From: Octopus sinensis
Taxonomy: Eukaryota
DNA: 64,000 nucleotides
Direction of reading: 5' to 3'
Assembly (NCBI RefSeq): GCF_006345805.1
Contig: NC_042997.1
Span: 33,604,001-33,668,000 of the forward strand
Under the pieces are notes generated by a model. It saw only the letters and a program-made list of their open reading frames with translations. It had not been told where the DNA came from and did no database searches. Position 1 is the first letter of the stretch, and every line of letters starts with the position of its first letter. Position numbers and translations under genes: made by a program. Positions 25,640 to 39,194 of the stretch are shown piece after piece.

Positions 25640-26005
25640 AGGCTTGTCAGTCTACCTAATGGACCCAGCAGACGAAATGGAAAAGGCATTGCTCAGAAGG
25701 ATGGTGAGGGAGATGCACTGGAACAGCCACTCTGACTCACAGAGTTTGCACTTATGGATAGCTATATCCTCCTTGATAGCGGTGAGTAGGGATGTGGTCC
25801 AGGGGCTACGGACACAGGTCTCCACTGCCACAGGCTCGACCACAAACCTGTCAGAAGAGAGCAACTGATACTCTGACAGTTTGCTGTTCTCATCCTGATG
25901 AACAGCGGAGCCTGGGCTGGTAGCTGAACACACCAAGTTTCTGCTGGAGGTGTCACAGCATGTGGCATCCTAGATGAGGGGCCTACCACCACGAGACAGG
26001 AAAAT
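25640..26005 (-). mobile_element. Degraded 3' end of a CRE-like non-LTR retrotransposon (restriction-like endonuclease domain)
   Basis: Minus frame reads GRPLI*DATCCDT...FVVEPVAVET...WLFQCISLTILLSNAFSI, matching the remembered CRE-clade C-terminal pattern WDATC.DT...F.P.AVET.G...FL.QRIS.AIQRGNA. One TGG>TAG stop. Confidence 0.65.
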
Positions 26006-26901
26006 TGTTCATCTACAAAAACAATTGCTCCAATAGAAAACCAATATAAGAATGGAAAAAATAGTAGAAAATAGTCATAAAAAGACAATATATTTTTAAT
26101 TAACATAAATTAGCACAAGTGCTGACCTTTAATTATATCAAGAGTGAATGAAATTTACTCTGTAAGAATATATATTTTTTACCAGTTTAGCAAGTAAGCC
26201 AGTTAGTTACAAACATATGTGTACCATTTTATTATATGTTGTACAAACTCGTATAAACTAGGTCACTTTATAAAGTCCCTATACATTTAAGAGAAGTGGA
26301 TAATTTTACAAATACAGTTTGTGGAAAATACAAATATTACGAAGATAATTTCAAACTAGTTTAAGAGAAATATAAAATAAATAGGGCAAATTCAGAGCAA
26401 AGATTTTTCGGTGTTCACCCCCACCCCACCGCACCCTAGCATCAGAGTGCTACGTACAACTTCCCGTTAACATGAAGGCAATGTACTTTTAAGAAAACAT
26501 CATTCTTTTCATTTGAGTATCTGAATTCTTAATGACCTCAAGAGTACAAGAACACAAGTAGGGAAAACCAGTTGCGTCAGATGTAAGTTCTGCATTAAAT
26601 GTGAGCTATGCTTTTTTTATAGTTTTACTTGTCTCAGTCAGTTGACTGCGGTCATGCTGGAGCACCACATTGAAGGTTTTTCTTTTAGTCAAACAAATCG
26701 ACCCCAGGACTTTTTTTTTAAAGTCTAATACTTCTAATACTTATTCTATCAGTCACTTTTGCCAAACTGTTAATTTACAGGGGTATAAACACACCAACAC
26801 CGGTTGTCAAGGGGTGACGGGGGGGGGACAAACACACACAAGATATATACATACATACACACACACAATAATACATATATATATATATATATATATATAG
26901 G

Positions 26902-27215
26902 TAGAGGCGCAACAGCCCAGTGGTTAGGACAGCGGACTTGCGGTCATAGGATCACGGTTTCAATTCCCTGGGTGTTGGGAGTGTTTATTGATTGAGTGAA
27001 AACACCTAAAGCTCCACAAGGTGGTGGAGTGGCAAACCCTGCTGTACTCTTACACCACAACATTCTCTCACTCTTTCTTCCTGTTTCTATTGTACCTGTA
27101 TTTCAAAGGGCCAGCCTTGTCACACTGAATCTCTTTGAGAACTACGTTAAGGGTACACATGTCTGTGGAGTGCTCAGCCACTTGCACATTAATTTCACAA
27201 CCAGGCTGTTCCGGA
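26902..27215 (+). mobile_element. SINE D nested in the microsatellite of a minus-strand SINE A (about 26620-27290)
   Basis: D head GGCGCAACAGCCCAGTGGTTAGGACAGCGGAC; A halves lie on both sides. Confidence 0.75.
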
Positions 27216-28218
27216 GTGCCACGTGATATATATATGACAAGCTTCTTTTCAGTTTCCATCTCCCAAATCTTCTCACAAGATTTTGGTTCATATTTCTAAA
27301 TTTTTCTAGTAAAAAAAAAACAGTGTATTTTTTAGACACTGATAGTAAATAAAAATACAAGCCGAAATGATTTGTTAAAATATTTTACTTTGGGTTATTT
27401 ATTATTAAAAATTTAATAACCTGTTAAGGTTAACATGCGTTTCACACTTTAAAGGTCAATAATGGGCATCAACAAATAAGTGCATCTTTTAGGGTGAAGA
27501 CCTGAACAGCATATCAGTTATAATCAAGGTTATCACTCACCAATTCCCTACCAAAGACTCTACCATACACTCTTGCAGCCTCCACCCACACTCCTAGTTT
27601 TTCTTCCCCCCCCCCACATTCACTTCCGCTTTTAAGGGTCCAAACATACACTTTACCACAACTAATTTTTATCTTTTCCCTGCTCCACCTCAATCACCCT
27701 CCACATTTTTGTCTAAAATATGAGCAGCCATAAAGCCCCTATACGACAAGAAACTTGTTCTGCTCTGACTCGTTCTCTCATACTTTAAGCCTTTAATATT
27801 CAGATTGTTTTGTCATATTAAATGCTTATTTAATGACATTGCTTTGAAGTAATTATGCATTACCTTTGAGATTTCAATAATGGGATTGTATAGTCTTAGA
27901 ATGACGTTGATAGGTTGGGATAAGAGGTCAGATCTGATCAGCTTGAATAGAAAACAAGTAGAATATTTGGGCTGGATATCGCTGGCTTAAATGCTAAAGG
28001 ATTAACCCGTCATCTCCTAGAATAAAGCTGCCTCTCTCAGGCAATAGTGCTTGTGGCACAAAAAAAAAAAAAAAGTACCCAGTGCACAATGTAAAGTGGT
28101 TGACATTTGGAAGAGCATCTAGCTGTAGAAACCAAGCCTAGGTAGAGAGTGGAACACAATGAAGTCCTTGAACCAGTCAGTTCCTGTGAAGTTGTCCAAC
28201 TCATACCAGCATGGAACC

Positions 28219-28650
28219 ATCATCATCATCGTTTAGCGTTCGCTTTCCATGCTGGCATGGGTTGGACGGTTCAACTGGGGTCTGGGAAGCCAGAAGGCTG
28301 CACCAGGCCCAGTCTGATCTGGCAATGTTTCTACGGCTGGATGCCATTCCTAACGCCAACCACTCCATGGATGTAGTGGGTGTTTGGTGATTTTTACGTG
28401 CTACCGGCACAGCTGCCAGACAAGGCTGGCAAACGGCCACTATCGGATGGTGCTTTTTACGTGCCACCGGCACGGAGGCCAGACGAGGCTGGCAACGGCC
28501 ACTATCAGATGGTGCTTTTTATGTGCCACTGGCACGGAGGCAGTCGGGGCGGCGCTGGCAATGGTCATGTTCAGATGGTTCTCTTATGTGCCACCGGCAC
28601 TGGTATCATAGCTACGATTTCCATTGATGTTGATCGATTTTGATTTTGAT
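28219..28650 (-). mobile_element. RTE 3' UTR with four ~60-bp units, back to back with a diverged plus-strand tail (about 28080-28215)
   Basis: Conserved tail and GTGCCACCGGCAC units. Confidence 0.8.
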
Positions 28651-29081
28651 TTTGTTAAATGATGTGAAAAAAAGGACAGTAATTCAGCTAGCAGAGATTA
28701 TCCCTTCTACTCAAGAGGACACAGTAAAAGCAAGAGCCAAGAATTTTACACAGTCTGTCAATCTGCTAGAAATAGTAACTAAATGTTCTTGAGGATGCAT
28801 CCTATCTTTTTAACAGAAATAAAGTAAGGACACACTGCTGATCAAAGACTAAACATCTGGAACATGAAGTTACATAATAAGCAACATTCTTAGACTTATG
28901 TAATAAAACTGGAATTTTCAGTGAGAAAAAAAAAAGCAATAATATAAACAGAAAGAGTGCAAAAAACAAAACAAATATATACATACAAACATGTGATTCC
29001 TTAGCAGAACCAAAATCTAATGACTGGGGAGAGAGAGAAAGAGAGAGGGACTGTGTGTGTGTGTATATATGTGTGTGTGTG

Positions 29082-29084
<3 letters not shown>

Positions 29085-29143
<59 letters not shown>

Positions 29144-29215
29144 GTTTAAATATTTGTTGTGCAAGATTTATTGGCTAAACTGGCAATATGACCATTCCGA
29201 AATATAACAATATAT

Positions 29216-29250
<35 letters not shown>
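29085..29250. repeat. (TA)n microsatellite tracts
   Basis: Direct observation. Confidence 0.9.
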
Positions 29251-29252
<2 letters not shown>

Positions 29253-30336
29253 GGTAAAACGGTAAGATAACAAAAGAAAGAAAGAGACCTCAATATTATG
29301 TAAATAGAGGAAATTTATCTATAAAATAATATGTTACATTACTCGATAGTCAAGATAAAACTCTGAGTTTCAGATGCCGAAGTGGGAATCCACAACGCCA
29401 TCTCTTCGGTTCTAGATATATATATACGAGTAGTTTGTTTTGCAATCATGTAGTTTTGGGTTCAGTCCCACAGCATAGCACCTTCTACTATAGTTCCAGG
29501 TCAACCAAGGCCTTGTAAGTGAATGTGATAGCCAGAAACTGTCTGGGGAGACCTCTGTGTGCGAGTGGGGGTTTGTTTATGTAACCCATACCCCGACATA
29601 ACAGTCCAGCGAAATAAAAGAGGCTAACAGATCAAGTACTAAACTAAGAAAATAATTACTGGGGTTGATTTGATTTGATTAATGAAAAACAAGCCCTTCA
29701 AACAATGCCCCAGCATGGCCACATAAAACAGCTGACATAAAATACACATGGAGTGAGGAAAGGAGGTAGGGATGGATGGATAGATAGATACACATCGACA
29801 ACGCATAGCCTGGTTCATCATAGAATTTTATTTCTTCAGCACAGATTCAAAACCAGGCTATAAAAGTTCTCTTGTAGCAGACACTTGAAGTTAAAAAGAA
29901 ACTATAGACGGGCAAGATTTTTATTTTCATTTCTCAGTTGTCAAAACAGCAACTTTACGATTTATGATAACACACGAGATTAATCACTCTGCAGGATCAT
30001 AAAGAAGACCTATCATTGATTAAGAGTGCATTTTCGTTATGGAAGCACAGAAGAGAAGCAACCTCTGCAGAATGCATATGCCGAGCAAACACTGCCTAGA
30101 TTATGACTCAGCTTTGTGTCTTCCTTTACCCTCGTATCTAAACAGTAGCAGTAATCTTTTAAATATGGTTTTAGGGGGAGGAATGCTGCGTCTGTCAGCT
30201 GTTTCAAATTTCATAGCAAAACACACATACATGTACATTCATATATGTTCAGCATATTAGAATGTGTGTGTACGTGTGTATACATATATACATACACACA
30301 TATACACAGAATTATGTGTATATGTGTGTGTATATA

Positions 30337-30537
30337 CTTTTATTCTTTTACTTGTTTCAGTCATTTGACTGTGGCCATGCTGGAGCACCACCTTTAGTCA
30401 AACAAATCAACCCCAGTACTTATTCTTTGTAAGCCTAGCACTTATTCTATCATTCTCTTTTGCCGAACCACTAGATTACGGGGATGTAAACATATCAACA
30501 TTCGTTGTCAAGCGATGGTGGGGGAACAAACACAGAT

Positions 30538-30586
<49 letters not shown>

Positions 30587-30738
30587 ACGGGTTTCTTTCA
30601 GTTTCTGTCTACTAAATCTACTCTCAAGGCTTTGGTCAGCCCAAGGCTATAGTAGAAAACACTTATCCAAGTTGCCATGCAGTGGGACTGAACCCAGAAC
30701 CATGTAGTTGGGAAGCAAGCTTCTTACCACACAGCCAG
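30337..30738 (-). mobile_element. SINE family A
   Basis: Full structure, moderately diverged. Confidence 0.85.
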
Positions 30739-31137
30739 CTACATTAATTTGTTTTAAAGGTTGAACTTAAAATAGGTTTTGGTCGGCCCAGGGCTTCAGC
30801 AGGAAATAATTTTTAATCATACACAGTACAAGATGTTCACATAAAAACATTTGAAGAAAAATACGCTAAGGACTCAACAAAAATTTTAATATCATAATAG
30901 GGTATGTTCTTACCCACAAAAGATGTTGATAACAATGTGAGAAGTATTAGAAATGGTGGAATGAGCCTTGCTAGGAGGATGTAGGAGACTATTTCCTATT
31001 TTATAGTTCATCATCAATTCCTTGAAGGGAGTGAAGAACTTTAACCAAAATTTGTTTGATCTTTATGGCTCATCATTTCTTTGTATAGCTCAGTGTAGGA
31101 ACAAGAGGAGCTAACTGTAAGCTCCACTTGTAATTTT

Positions 31138-31405
31138 TATGGTTAGAGTGTCAGGCTCACAATCATGAGGTAGTAAGTTCAATTCCTGGACTGGGCCTTG
31201 TGTTGTGTTCTTGAGCAAGACACTTTATTTGACATTGTTCCAGGTCCCTCAGCCTTTGCCTTTCCCTTGGATAACATTTGTGGAATGAAGAAGAGAGACT
31301 GGCATGCATGAGCGACTGCATGAACAACCTTGCCCAGACTTGCGCCTCAGAGGGGAACTTTCTAGGCACAATCCAGTGATCGTTCTTAACCAGAGGGGGT
31401 CTTAG
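31138..31405 (+). mobile_element. tRNA-derived SINE with a GTGTTCTTGAGCAAGACAC core
   Basis: ATGGTTAGAG and AAGTTCAATTCC boxes followed by a core resembling V/Meta/CORE-type SINE domains; superfamily uncertain. Confidence 0.55.
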
Positions 31406-31639
31406 TCACAATCCGGTGGTCGTTCTCATCTAACAGCACCAGCTCTTATGCTATTATTTATAGTTTTATATGCACTTCAAGATCCAATATTCCAAAAAAG
31501 AATTAACATCCCCTCAAAAGTTCATAAAATTCTTATGACATCAACATGCAATTCTTGCTGGTAAGAATAAAGTTCCTAAAATAGAGAACTTTGAAGGATT
31601 GCTTTGGTCCAACAGTAGAAAACCTTGTCATGTATATAG

Positions 31640-32034
31640 GAGATGAGCAAAACGCTCCCCAGTCCAATGGACAGTGCTGAGTTGTCTAACATTTAAACTA
31701 AATTTTCTCAAAACAACTTGACTGACCATCCCATTTTGTGGCATTATTTCAAGCCAGCTGGCTTTTTTTGCACAAACTGCACGTGCATTTTTCTCACGTA
31801 TGCGTAGTATCGATCGCAACAGCCGATGTATTTGCACGTGCAAATGCACATTCCCACGGCTTTATCGATTGCATTCTCACCTGGAATTGATTTTTATAAT
31901 TTTTTCAAGACTTATACATGCCCTGATACCTTCGATATCTACATATCAAATTTGAGCACAATCGGATGGAAGATGCCCGAGACCCTAGAAGACACACACA
32001 CACACACACACAGAATGGATTTTATATAATAGAT
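31640..32034 (-). mobile_element. Helitron-like non-autonomous element (3' end unclear)
   Basis: Minus-strand 5' end A|TCTATTATATAAAATCCATTCTG(TG)n, similar in architecture to the 15033-15359 element. Confidence 0.55.
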
Positions 32035-32278
32035 ATGGTTTGAGTCCCACAGACAGCCTTTGACATTTTCTATCCAAAAGAGAATTTCAACCTAATATTT
32101 ACATGCTATTATTTACAGCTTTATACATGCTTCAGTTAGTGTGTGTGTGTGTGTCTGTGTGGTATCATCATTTAATGTTCATGTTCTATGCTGGTACAGG
32201 CTGGACAGTTTGACAGGATCCGATGGTTCCAAAGATTACATTGTGTTCCAATATCTGCTTTGGCATGGTTTCTATTTA

Positions 32279-32545
32279 TCATCATCATCGTCATTTAACG
32301 TCCATTTTCCATGGTAGCATGGGTTGGATGGTTTGACCAGGGTCTGGGAAGCCAGGAGGATGCGCCAGGCTCCAGTCTGATCTGGCAGTGTTTCTACAGC
32401 TGGATGCCCTTCCTAACGCCAACCACTCTGTGACTGTAGTGGGTGCTTTTTACATGCCACCAGCACAGAGGCCAAAGGAAGCTGGCAAACGGCCACGATC
32501 GGTTGGTGCTTTTTACGTGTCACCAACACGGATGCCAGTCAGTCA
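32279..32545 (-). mobile_element. RTE 3' tail
   Basis: (CAT)n, conserved tail and two units. Confidence 0.8.
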
Positions 32546-33589
32546 GATGTCTTATCTGTGAATGTGTCAATAATACCAGGAAGGTTTCAAACTAGGAACC
32601 ATTATTTCTAAACATCAACTAAGTCACTGGCATAGGTATGAAGTTTCTAAGGATATGTACAAAAGGTTCCTAGTTTGAATCCAGTCTCAAATTATACATT
32701 TAGAAACTATAGGTTGTTGGTCTTTCTTCTCTGATAAAGGGTTCCACCTGGAATGCTAGACATCACTACTTCATCTTGAGGCATTATATCAAACATTTGA
32801 ATCATTTTCAAACACAAGGCAATCTGGAGAAAAGAAGTGTGGAAACTCAATGATTGTTTTGCTAAACATAGGTTTAGAAGGATTCTAAATACATGCTTCA
32901 AGGAAGAGTTAAAGACATAACATGTAACAACTGATAGGTTCCACAAGACAACATAGAATACACAGATGTAAGGTTGGACTAATGTACCAGCCAGACTGAG
33001 GGTGATATGGTGGTAGAATGAGATAGTAGATAAAGCCATAAAAGCTATTAGACAGGTCTGGAAATATTAGAAGAGGAGAACAAGGAACGATATCAAGTAG
33101 GCAGAAAAGAAACTATGCATCAGGTTTAATTCTGGGGGTAGCTGAAAGTAAGTTGGTCAATGTCTGGCAGTAAGAATACCAGAAACATGAGATGTTCTCG
33201 ATAGCTAAGTAGGCTGTCACTATAAATCAAGACATCAAGGAAAAGTGCATATTGAATGACAGCAGCACACTTACTCTCACCAATATTAAGAAGCAAAGTG
33301 GTGAGCTGGCAGAATTATTAATATGCCAGATAAAATGCTTAGCAGCATTTCATTTGTCTTTACATTCAAAGTTCAAATTCCACCAAGGTCAACTTATCCT
33401 TTCGGACATCAATGAAATAAGTACCTATGACCACCTCCCTTGTTTCTTTGTCACTCACATGTGTTGATGTTTTGCTGTTTTTCTGTATTTTTCTCCCTGT
33501 GAATACATTTATGCTTTAAAAAAAAAATCCCGTTTTCTGAACTTGCTGGCCTTGAGACAAAATTTGAAATAAGTATTAAGAAGGAGCTT

Positions 33590-34730
33590 GCAAATGTCCA
33601 GAGAGGAAGCTGAATGAGTAGAATGAATGAGAGCAAGAGAGGGGCACTGTCTCAAGTACATTCCATTCAAAAGGACTAGTTAGTGAAACTGACAGCTGTA
33701 TAGTCAAAAAGAACATGAAAACTGGTAAAATAAACTGTCCACCAAGGATAGTTATTAAGATGCTGAAAATATTCAGTGAAATAGGGAGAGCACTATAGTC
33801 ACTCACAGAATCAATCAGGTAGTAGGGGTGTTGTCACACCTCTGACTAACAATGACAATGGAGATGCCTTGAAAAGTAGTATCTTCGGAGGTATAAAACT
33901 GCAAATCTAGCAAAAATAAAAGTTTCAGTTAGCAGGAAACAGTTCAGATCTCTATTGCCAGGCAAAAAGTCAGCATATTTGAATTGCAAGAAAGAAATGG
34001 GTAGGAATTCCATAAAATGTACCCAGTGAAAACAATTGCCTGAAGAAGATGTATAGCGGGATCACAGATAGGTTAACAGATGCACAAGAACAGTCAGAGC
34101 AATTTTCGAAATGATTTCTTTGAAATATTCAAAAGGCTCCTGAAAAATGATGACTGATAGCTTCTCTAAACTAGGTGGCCTAATAAGCAGTGGAAGTGGG
34201 TGCTCTGAAAGAATTAGTGGCCAGAATAAAGAGCTGGGTGGAAAAGTTTCAGGAAGCTGTTACCTATGCTAGCAACAAAGACACCTTCTCTCTGTGTAAA
34301 GAGTGGATCATATGATGATTGTGTATGTAGCACAATATTACACGAGCATCGAATACAGATGATGTACAAAGGCTAGGAAAAAGATAATGCAAGAACGCTC
34401 TGCATGTAAAATAGAGTACAAAAGAGAAAAATTAGGTTATAAGAGAAATCAGATATAGTGTACAAGAAGGAAGATTGTACTGGTACAAACATATGATGTG
34501 TATGAAGGATGACAGATGGAGAAAGAATTGCTAAGAGATCCAGGTGGAAGGAATCTGCAGAAGACCAAGGAAAATATAGGGATGAGAGGTGAAAAACTGA
34601 TCTCAGGATGTGAACCTCATAAAGGAGATGATGAGTGTCCTTAACAAGTAGAGACAAAGTTGGAGAAGACCTGTCCAACCCATGCAAACATGGAAAAAAT
34701 TGGATGTAAAAGTATGAGGAGTCGCAGAAT
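33590..34730 (+). mobile_element. Heavily degraded RTE LINE (linker/RT to 3' tail)
   Basis: Purine-rich remnants of ORF2, ending GAGAAGACCTGTCCAACCCATGCAAACATGGAAAA like the RTE tail. Confidence 0.55.
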
Positions 34731-35136
34731 CACTGTTTGTGTGTAACAGCAGTCTTAGATATTTAAAAAAAACAAAAGCACACAAAATAAAAATAATAAA
34801 ACATGACCATATTGCCACAATATATAAGCTAGTGGATCACAAGTTCATATATCAAATTCACTCAAATCCACTGCATGCAATTATTTTAGTGAAGATTTAC
34901 TCAGGGCACATATTTCTTGTAACAAGCCTTACTACAGATTGAGACATATGCTTCCCTAGAGAAGACATGGACTCCACTTCATGTCTTTCTTACAAACATA
35001 TGCTGTTATATACATCATAGCAGAATTAAGATAAGCAATAACAGAATTATCCAACTGTATAGAGAATGTTTAATTTAGTAAAAGCCATCCCAATTTGGTT
35101 AGGTGGGACGGGTCATACAAAAAGAAATGCTATATA

Positions 35137-35717
35137 TGCAGGTGGCACATAAAAAGCACCCACTACACTCTCAGAGTGGTTGGCGTTAGGAAGGGCATCC
35201 AGCTGTAGAAACACTGCCAGATCAGACTGGGCCTGGCGCAACCTTCTGGCTTCCCAGACCCCAGTTGAACCGTCCAACCCATGCTAGCATGGAAAACGGA
35301 CGTTAAACGATGATGATGATGATGTATCATCATTTTAATGTTCACTTTTCTATGCTTGCACGAGTCAGACAAAAGTCACTGAGGCAAATTTTTCTGTAGC
35401 CAGAGGCTTTTCCTGTCACCTACCCTCACCTGTTACTAAGCAAAGTAATATTTCCCCCTGGCCAGACATGTTTTCATAGAAGATGTGAAACAAACACCAC
35501 CACTTGTCCGATGTTCTTTTACAAATAAAGCATGATGTCAAGATAAGGACACACAAACACTTGACGGGGATCCTTTCAGTTTTGGCCTACCAGACCTACT
35601 CACAAGGCCTGAGGTTACAGTAAGAGACGTTTGCCTGAGGTGTCACGAAGTAGAACTGTACCTGAGACCATGTGAACAAGAAGCAAACTTCTTAACCACA
35701 CAATCAAGGCTGCATCT
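35137..35717. mobile_element. Plus-strand RTE tail (35137-35323) abutting a minus-strand SINE H (35326-35717)
   Basis: (GAT)n and (CAT)n tails meet tail to tail. Confidence 0.75.
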
Positions 35718-35939
35718 AAATGCTTGCGTTGAGAGAGGTGTTGTTTGCAATTGATTAATATGTCACAAAAGATCATAGTTCAAAGTACTTGCTGGTGTTT
35801 GTCTGTTCTATAAAAATAGATTAAAAGTGGAAAGTAAATAAACCAGTATTATTTTGGGGTACATTGACACTCATAACCTAAAGATCATTACCAGTGGTAA
35901 ATCCAGTTTTCTTTTCTGCCCATAAATACATATAAATAA

Positions 35940-36330
35940 GTGGAGGCGCAAAGGCCCAGTGGTTAGGGCAGCAGACTCGCGGTCATAGGATCGCGGTTTC
36001 GATTCCCAGACCGGGCGTTGTGAGTGTTTATTGAGCGAAAACACTTAAAAAAGCTCCACGGGGCTCCGGCAGGGGATGGTGGTGATCCCTGCTGTACTCT
36101 TTCACCACAACTTTCTCTCACTCTTACTTCCTGTTTCTGTTGGACCTGTATTTCAAAGGGCCAGCCTTGTCACTCTCTGTGTCACGCTGAATATCCCCGA
36201 GAACTACATTAAGGGTACACGTGTCTGTGGAGTGCTCAGCCACTTACACGTTAATTTCACGAGCAGGCTGTTCCTTTGATTCGGATCAACCGGAACCCTC
36301 GTCGTCGTAACCGACGGAGTGCTTCCAACA
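35940..36330 (+). mobile_element. SINE family D, full length
   Basis: 11-bp TSD ACATATAAATA (35928-35938 and 36331-36341). Confidence 0.9.
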
Positions 36331-37710
36331 ACATATAAATAGCAACCTAAAAGAGTAGGGATTCTGAATAAAAACTTGTACGGGAAAAGAGAAACTTTTT
36401 ACTCCTGCCACAGTTAATGTCTTGTGTTTGTAAAACAAGATGTAACTAGTCTAAACTGGAAAGTAGTTGACAGGAAGAACATCCACATGTAAAAACAATA
36501 CGAGATACACAACGACAAAGATTGGGGGGCTTTGCTCCATGGCTGTGAGTGCCAGATGATGAAGGGTAGCAACAAGAGGCAAGACACAGTAAGAGCCATC
36601 CAACAGGTGCTAGTATGGAAAAATAAATGGACATAAAATGCATTCTACATACATTTAAATTACTCCTCTTCAAATTACACAATCTGTAATTACCAACATA
36701 TGTATTTGCTGGATGAACATAGTTTAATTAAAGTTCAGATTACAGGTATTTAAAATAAAACAGTTTTGCTGAAGCCACTAAAGGTTTTCTTCCACCAGAA
36801 AAGCTCTTCTTGGGTGTTACCAAGATGGTTTGTACACACACACACACACATATATATAAAATGAAACTTGCCAACTGTAGAGTAGGAGGTGGAAGAAGAT
36901 AGGTTTTGATGAACTTAGGTGAAACATAACATATGTGCAAAGAAGTAGTTTCCTAAATACAAATTTGAGAAATGAACATGGCTGTGTAGTTAGGAAGTTT
37001 GCTTTGCAACAAGGTGGTTTCAGTACTGAGCAGTACTTTAAGTAAGTGCCTTTTACCACACCCTCAGGACGACTGTAGCCATCTGAATACAGTCTGGTAG
37101 AGAGAAACTTTGCAGAAGCTCATTAGAGGGAACATTCCTGTTCTTAGATAACAGACTCAATCTGATGATCCTAATTTTAGAAGCCGACTCTTTTGCAAGT
37201 ATTCAGGACAAGTCACTAGTCTGAGGGTAACTTTCTCACACCAGTTTTAGGGGCCCTGAAAAGGATCACAAACACTGTTCTTCTTCTGATGACAAAGAGG
37301 CACTTACATATGGCACTTCCACAAATATAAACTAAACAATAAAAACCAAGCTGAAATTATTTTACATCTATTTATGTATGCCGGCATGGAGTAGAAAGAT
37401 TTGCTCCAGCACACTAACTCACTACATACTGTGCTCTTTTGTCAGCTCTTTCATGGCAGTCCAGCATCCCAATATTAGATTTTATCACATCTTCCTCTTC
37501 TCCAGGATGCTACTCGGACAACTTGATACTCCTGTCCTCCTACACATGCATCACATGAATGCTGACATTACACATTCAATATAGAAAGCTTGTGCCAGTT
37601 TCTCTGCAGTCTTCACACATCCTCTACATTCAGTTTCTGTGTCTCTCTACAATGCAATATTGCACTTCACACACATGAAATAGTATCAAAAAGTTCCCCG
37701 ACTCTTTCTC

Positions 37711-38085
37711 TCTCTTTTACTTGTTTCAGTCATGTGACTGTGGCCATGCTGGAGCACCGCCTTTAGTCGAGCAAATCGACCCCAGGACTTATTCTTTGTA
37801 AGCCTAGTACTTATTCTATCAGACTCTTTTTTGCCAAATCGCTAAGTTACGGGGACGTAAAAACACCAGCATCGGTTGTCAAGCGATGCTGGGGGGACAA
37901 ACACACACATATATATATATACGACGGGCTTCTTTCAGTTTCCGTCTACCAAATCCACTCACAAGGCTTTGGTCAGCCCGAGGCTATAGTAGAAAACACT
38001 TACCCAAGGTGCCACGCAGTGGGACTGAACCTGGAACCATGTGGTTCGTAAGCAAGCTACTTACCACACCGCCACTCCTACGCCT
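37711..38085 (-). mobile_element. SINE family A
   Basis: Full structure. Confidence 0.88.
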
Positions 38086-38107
38086 AGTTTAAAAATATCT
38101 CATTTAC

Positions 38108-38460
38108 CTAGGTTTTACCATCATCTCCTTTGAAATAATCACTTTGTGCAGCAATACTCTGGTCCCAGCATCCCTGCCACTTTTGAAATCCATCCTGGAA
38201 GTCATTTTTTCCTAAGTGAGTCAAGGATCTTCTGTGATTCACTCTGGATCTTGACAACAGTATTAAAATGGCATCCATCTTGGGGAAGAGATATGAAAGT
38301 CTGCAGGTGCTAAATCTAGTGAATGTTGTTTTTGGCAAGAAACTCACAAGGGAGGAAAGCTTGGTGACAGGGTGCACTGTTGTGAAGAATCTAATTCTTC
38401 ATGCACCACAGATCCAATTGCTTTTGATGAATTTCCTCCCTCAAATGCATCATATACTCT
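38108..38460 (-). mobile_element. Mariner transposase C-terminal remnant
   Basis: Shifted frames give EFLAKNNI..DLAPADF..LFPKM and DFQDGFQKWQGCWDQSIAAQSDYFKGD, matching the mariner YSPDLAP.DF and W..RW..CI...GDYFEGD motifs. Confidence 0.8.
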
Positions 38461-39194
38461 TTGCCCTTTACTTGAAGAGAGACACTCAGAGGTAACAGCT
38501 CCTTGAGATTTTTCCATCTCATTTTAAATTTGGCAATATTTTTCTCAAAATTAACAAAACACAAAAACAGATTCTACCTAACAGAATACATATGTATATA
38601 TCATCCAAATATGGTTTTGAATCTAACAATAAAATTCCTCACAGTTGCTTCACGGATTATGGTGGCTACCACTAATACTATGGAAATCATAATTCTTCAA
38701 TTATAGAAAGCGCCAATAAGATTCAGTGCCTATGAAAGAGTATGATCTTGGTTAAAAAGTTTGCTTCATGATCATGTAGTTTTGGATATCATTACTTTGG
38801 GCAATGGTCTTCTATTCTGGTCTCATGTCAACTCATTATGAATATAAATGGGAAGATGAAAACCTGTTGAATGTATTGTACCTACTCTTGAGTGTTTGGC
38901 AATTGGCCCGCTGGGGTTTAATACTGCAATCTTTCCCTTGAACAGCTTTAGTGGAGTCCACTAGTTTGCAAATCATTAAGGTCAGATTTCTGGTCTGATG
39001 TTAACCTCTGTCCCACCAATCTTAAAAATCCTGCAAAAATTCAATTTATATTTTAAGTTATTAGAATTTAAAATATAAATTATATTTTAAAATATAATCT
39101 TTTATCATCCAGCAAACACACATGTGGATGTTACACACTGAATTTTGAATAACTAAAGAAGAGTATCTTAAATGTAAGCAGATGTCTATATACG

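Noticed and set aside
38890-39030. Minus-strand segment after a TTTTTGCAG acceptor (a similar one lies near 21075-21177)
   Set aside because: Stops in the frames examined and no homology; a non-coding or cryptic exon cannot be supported without RNA data.
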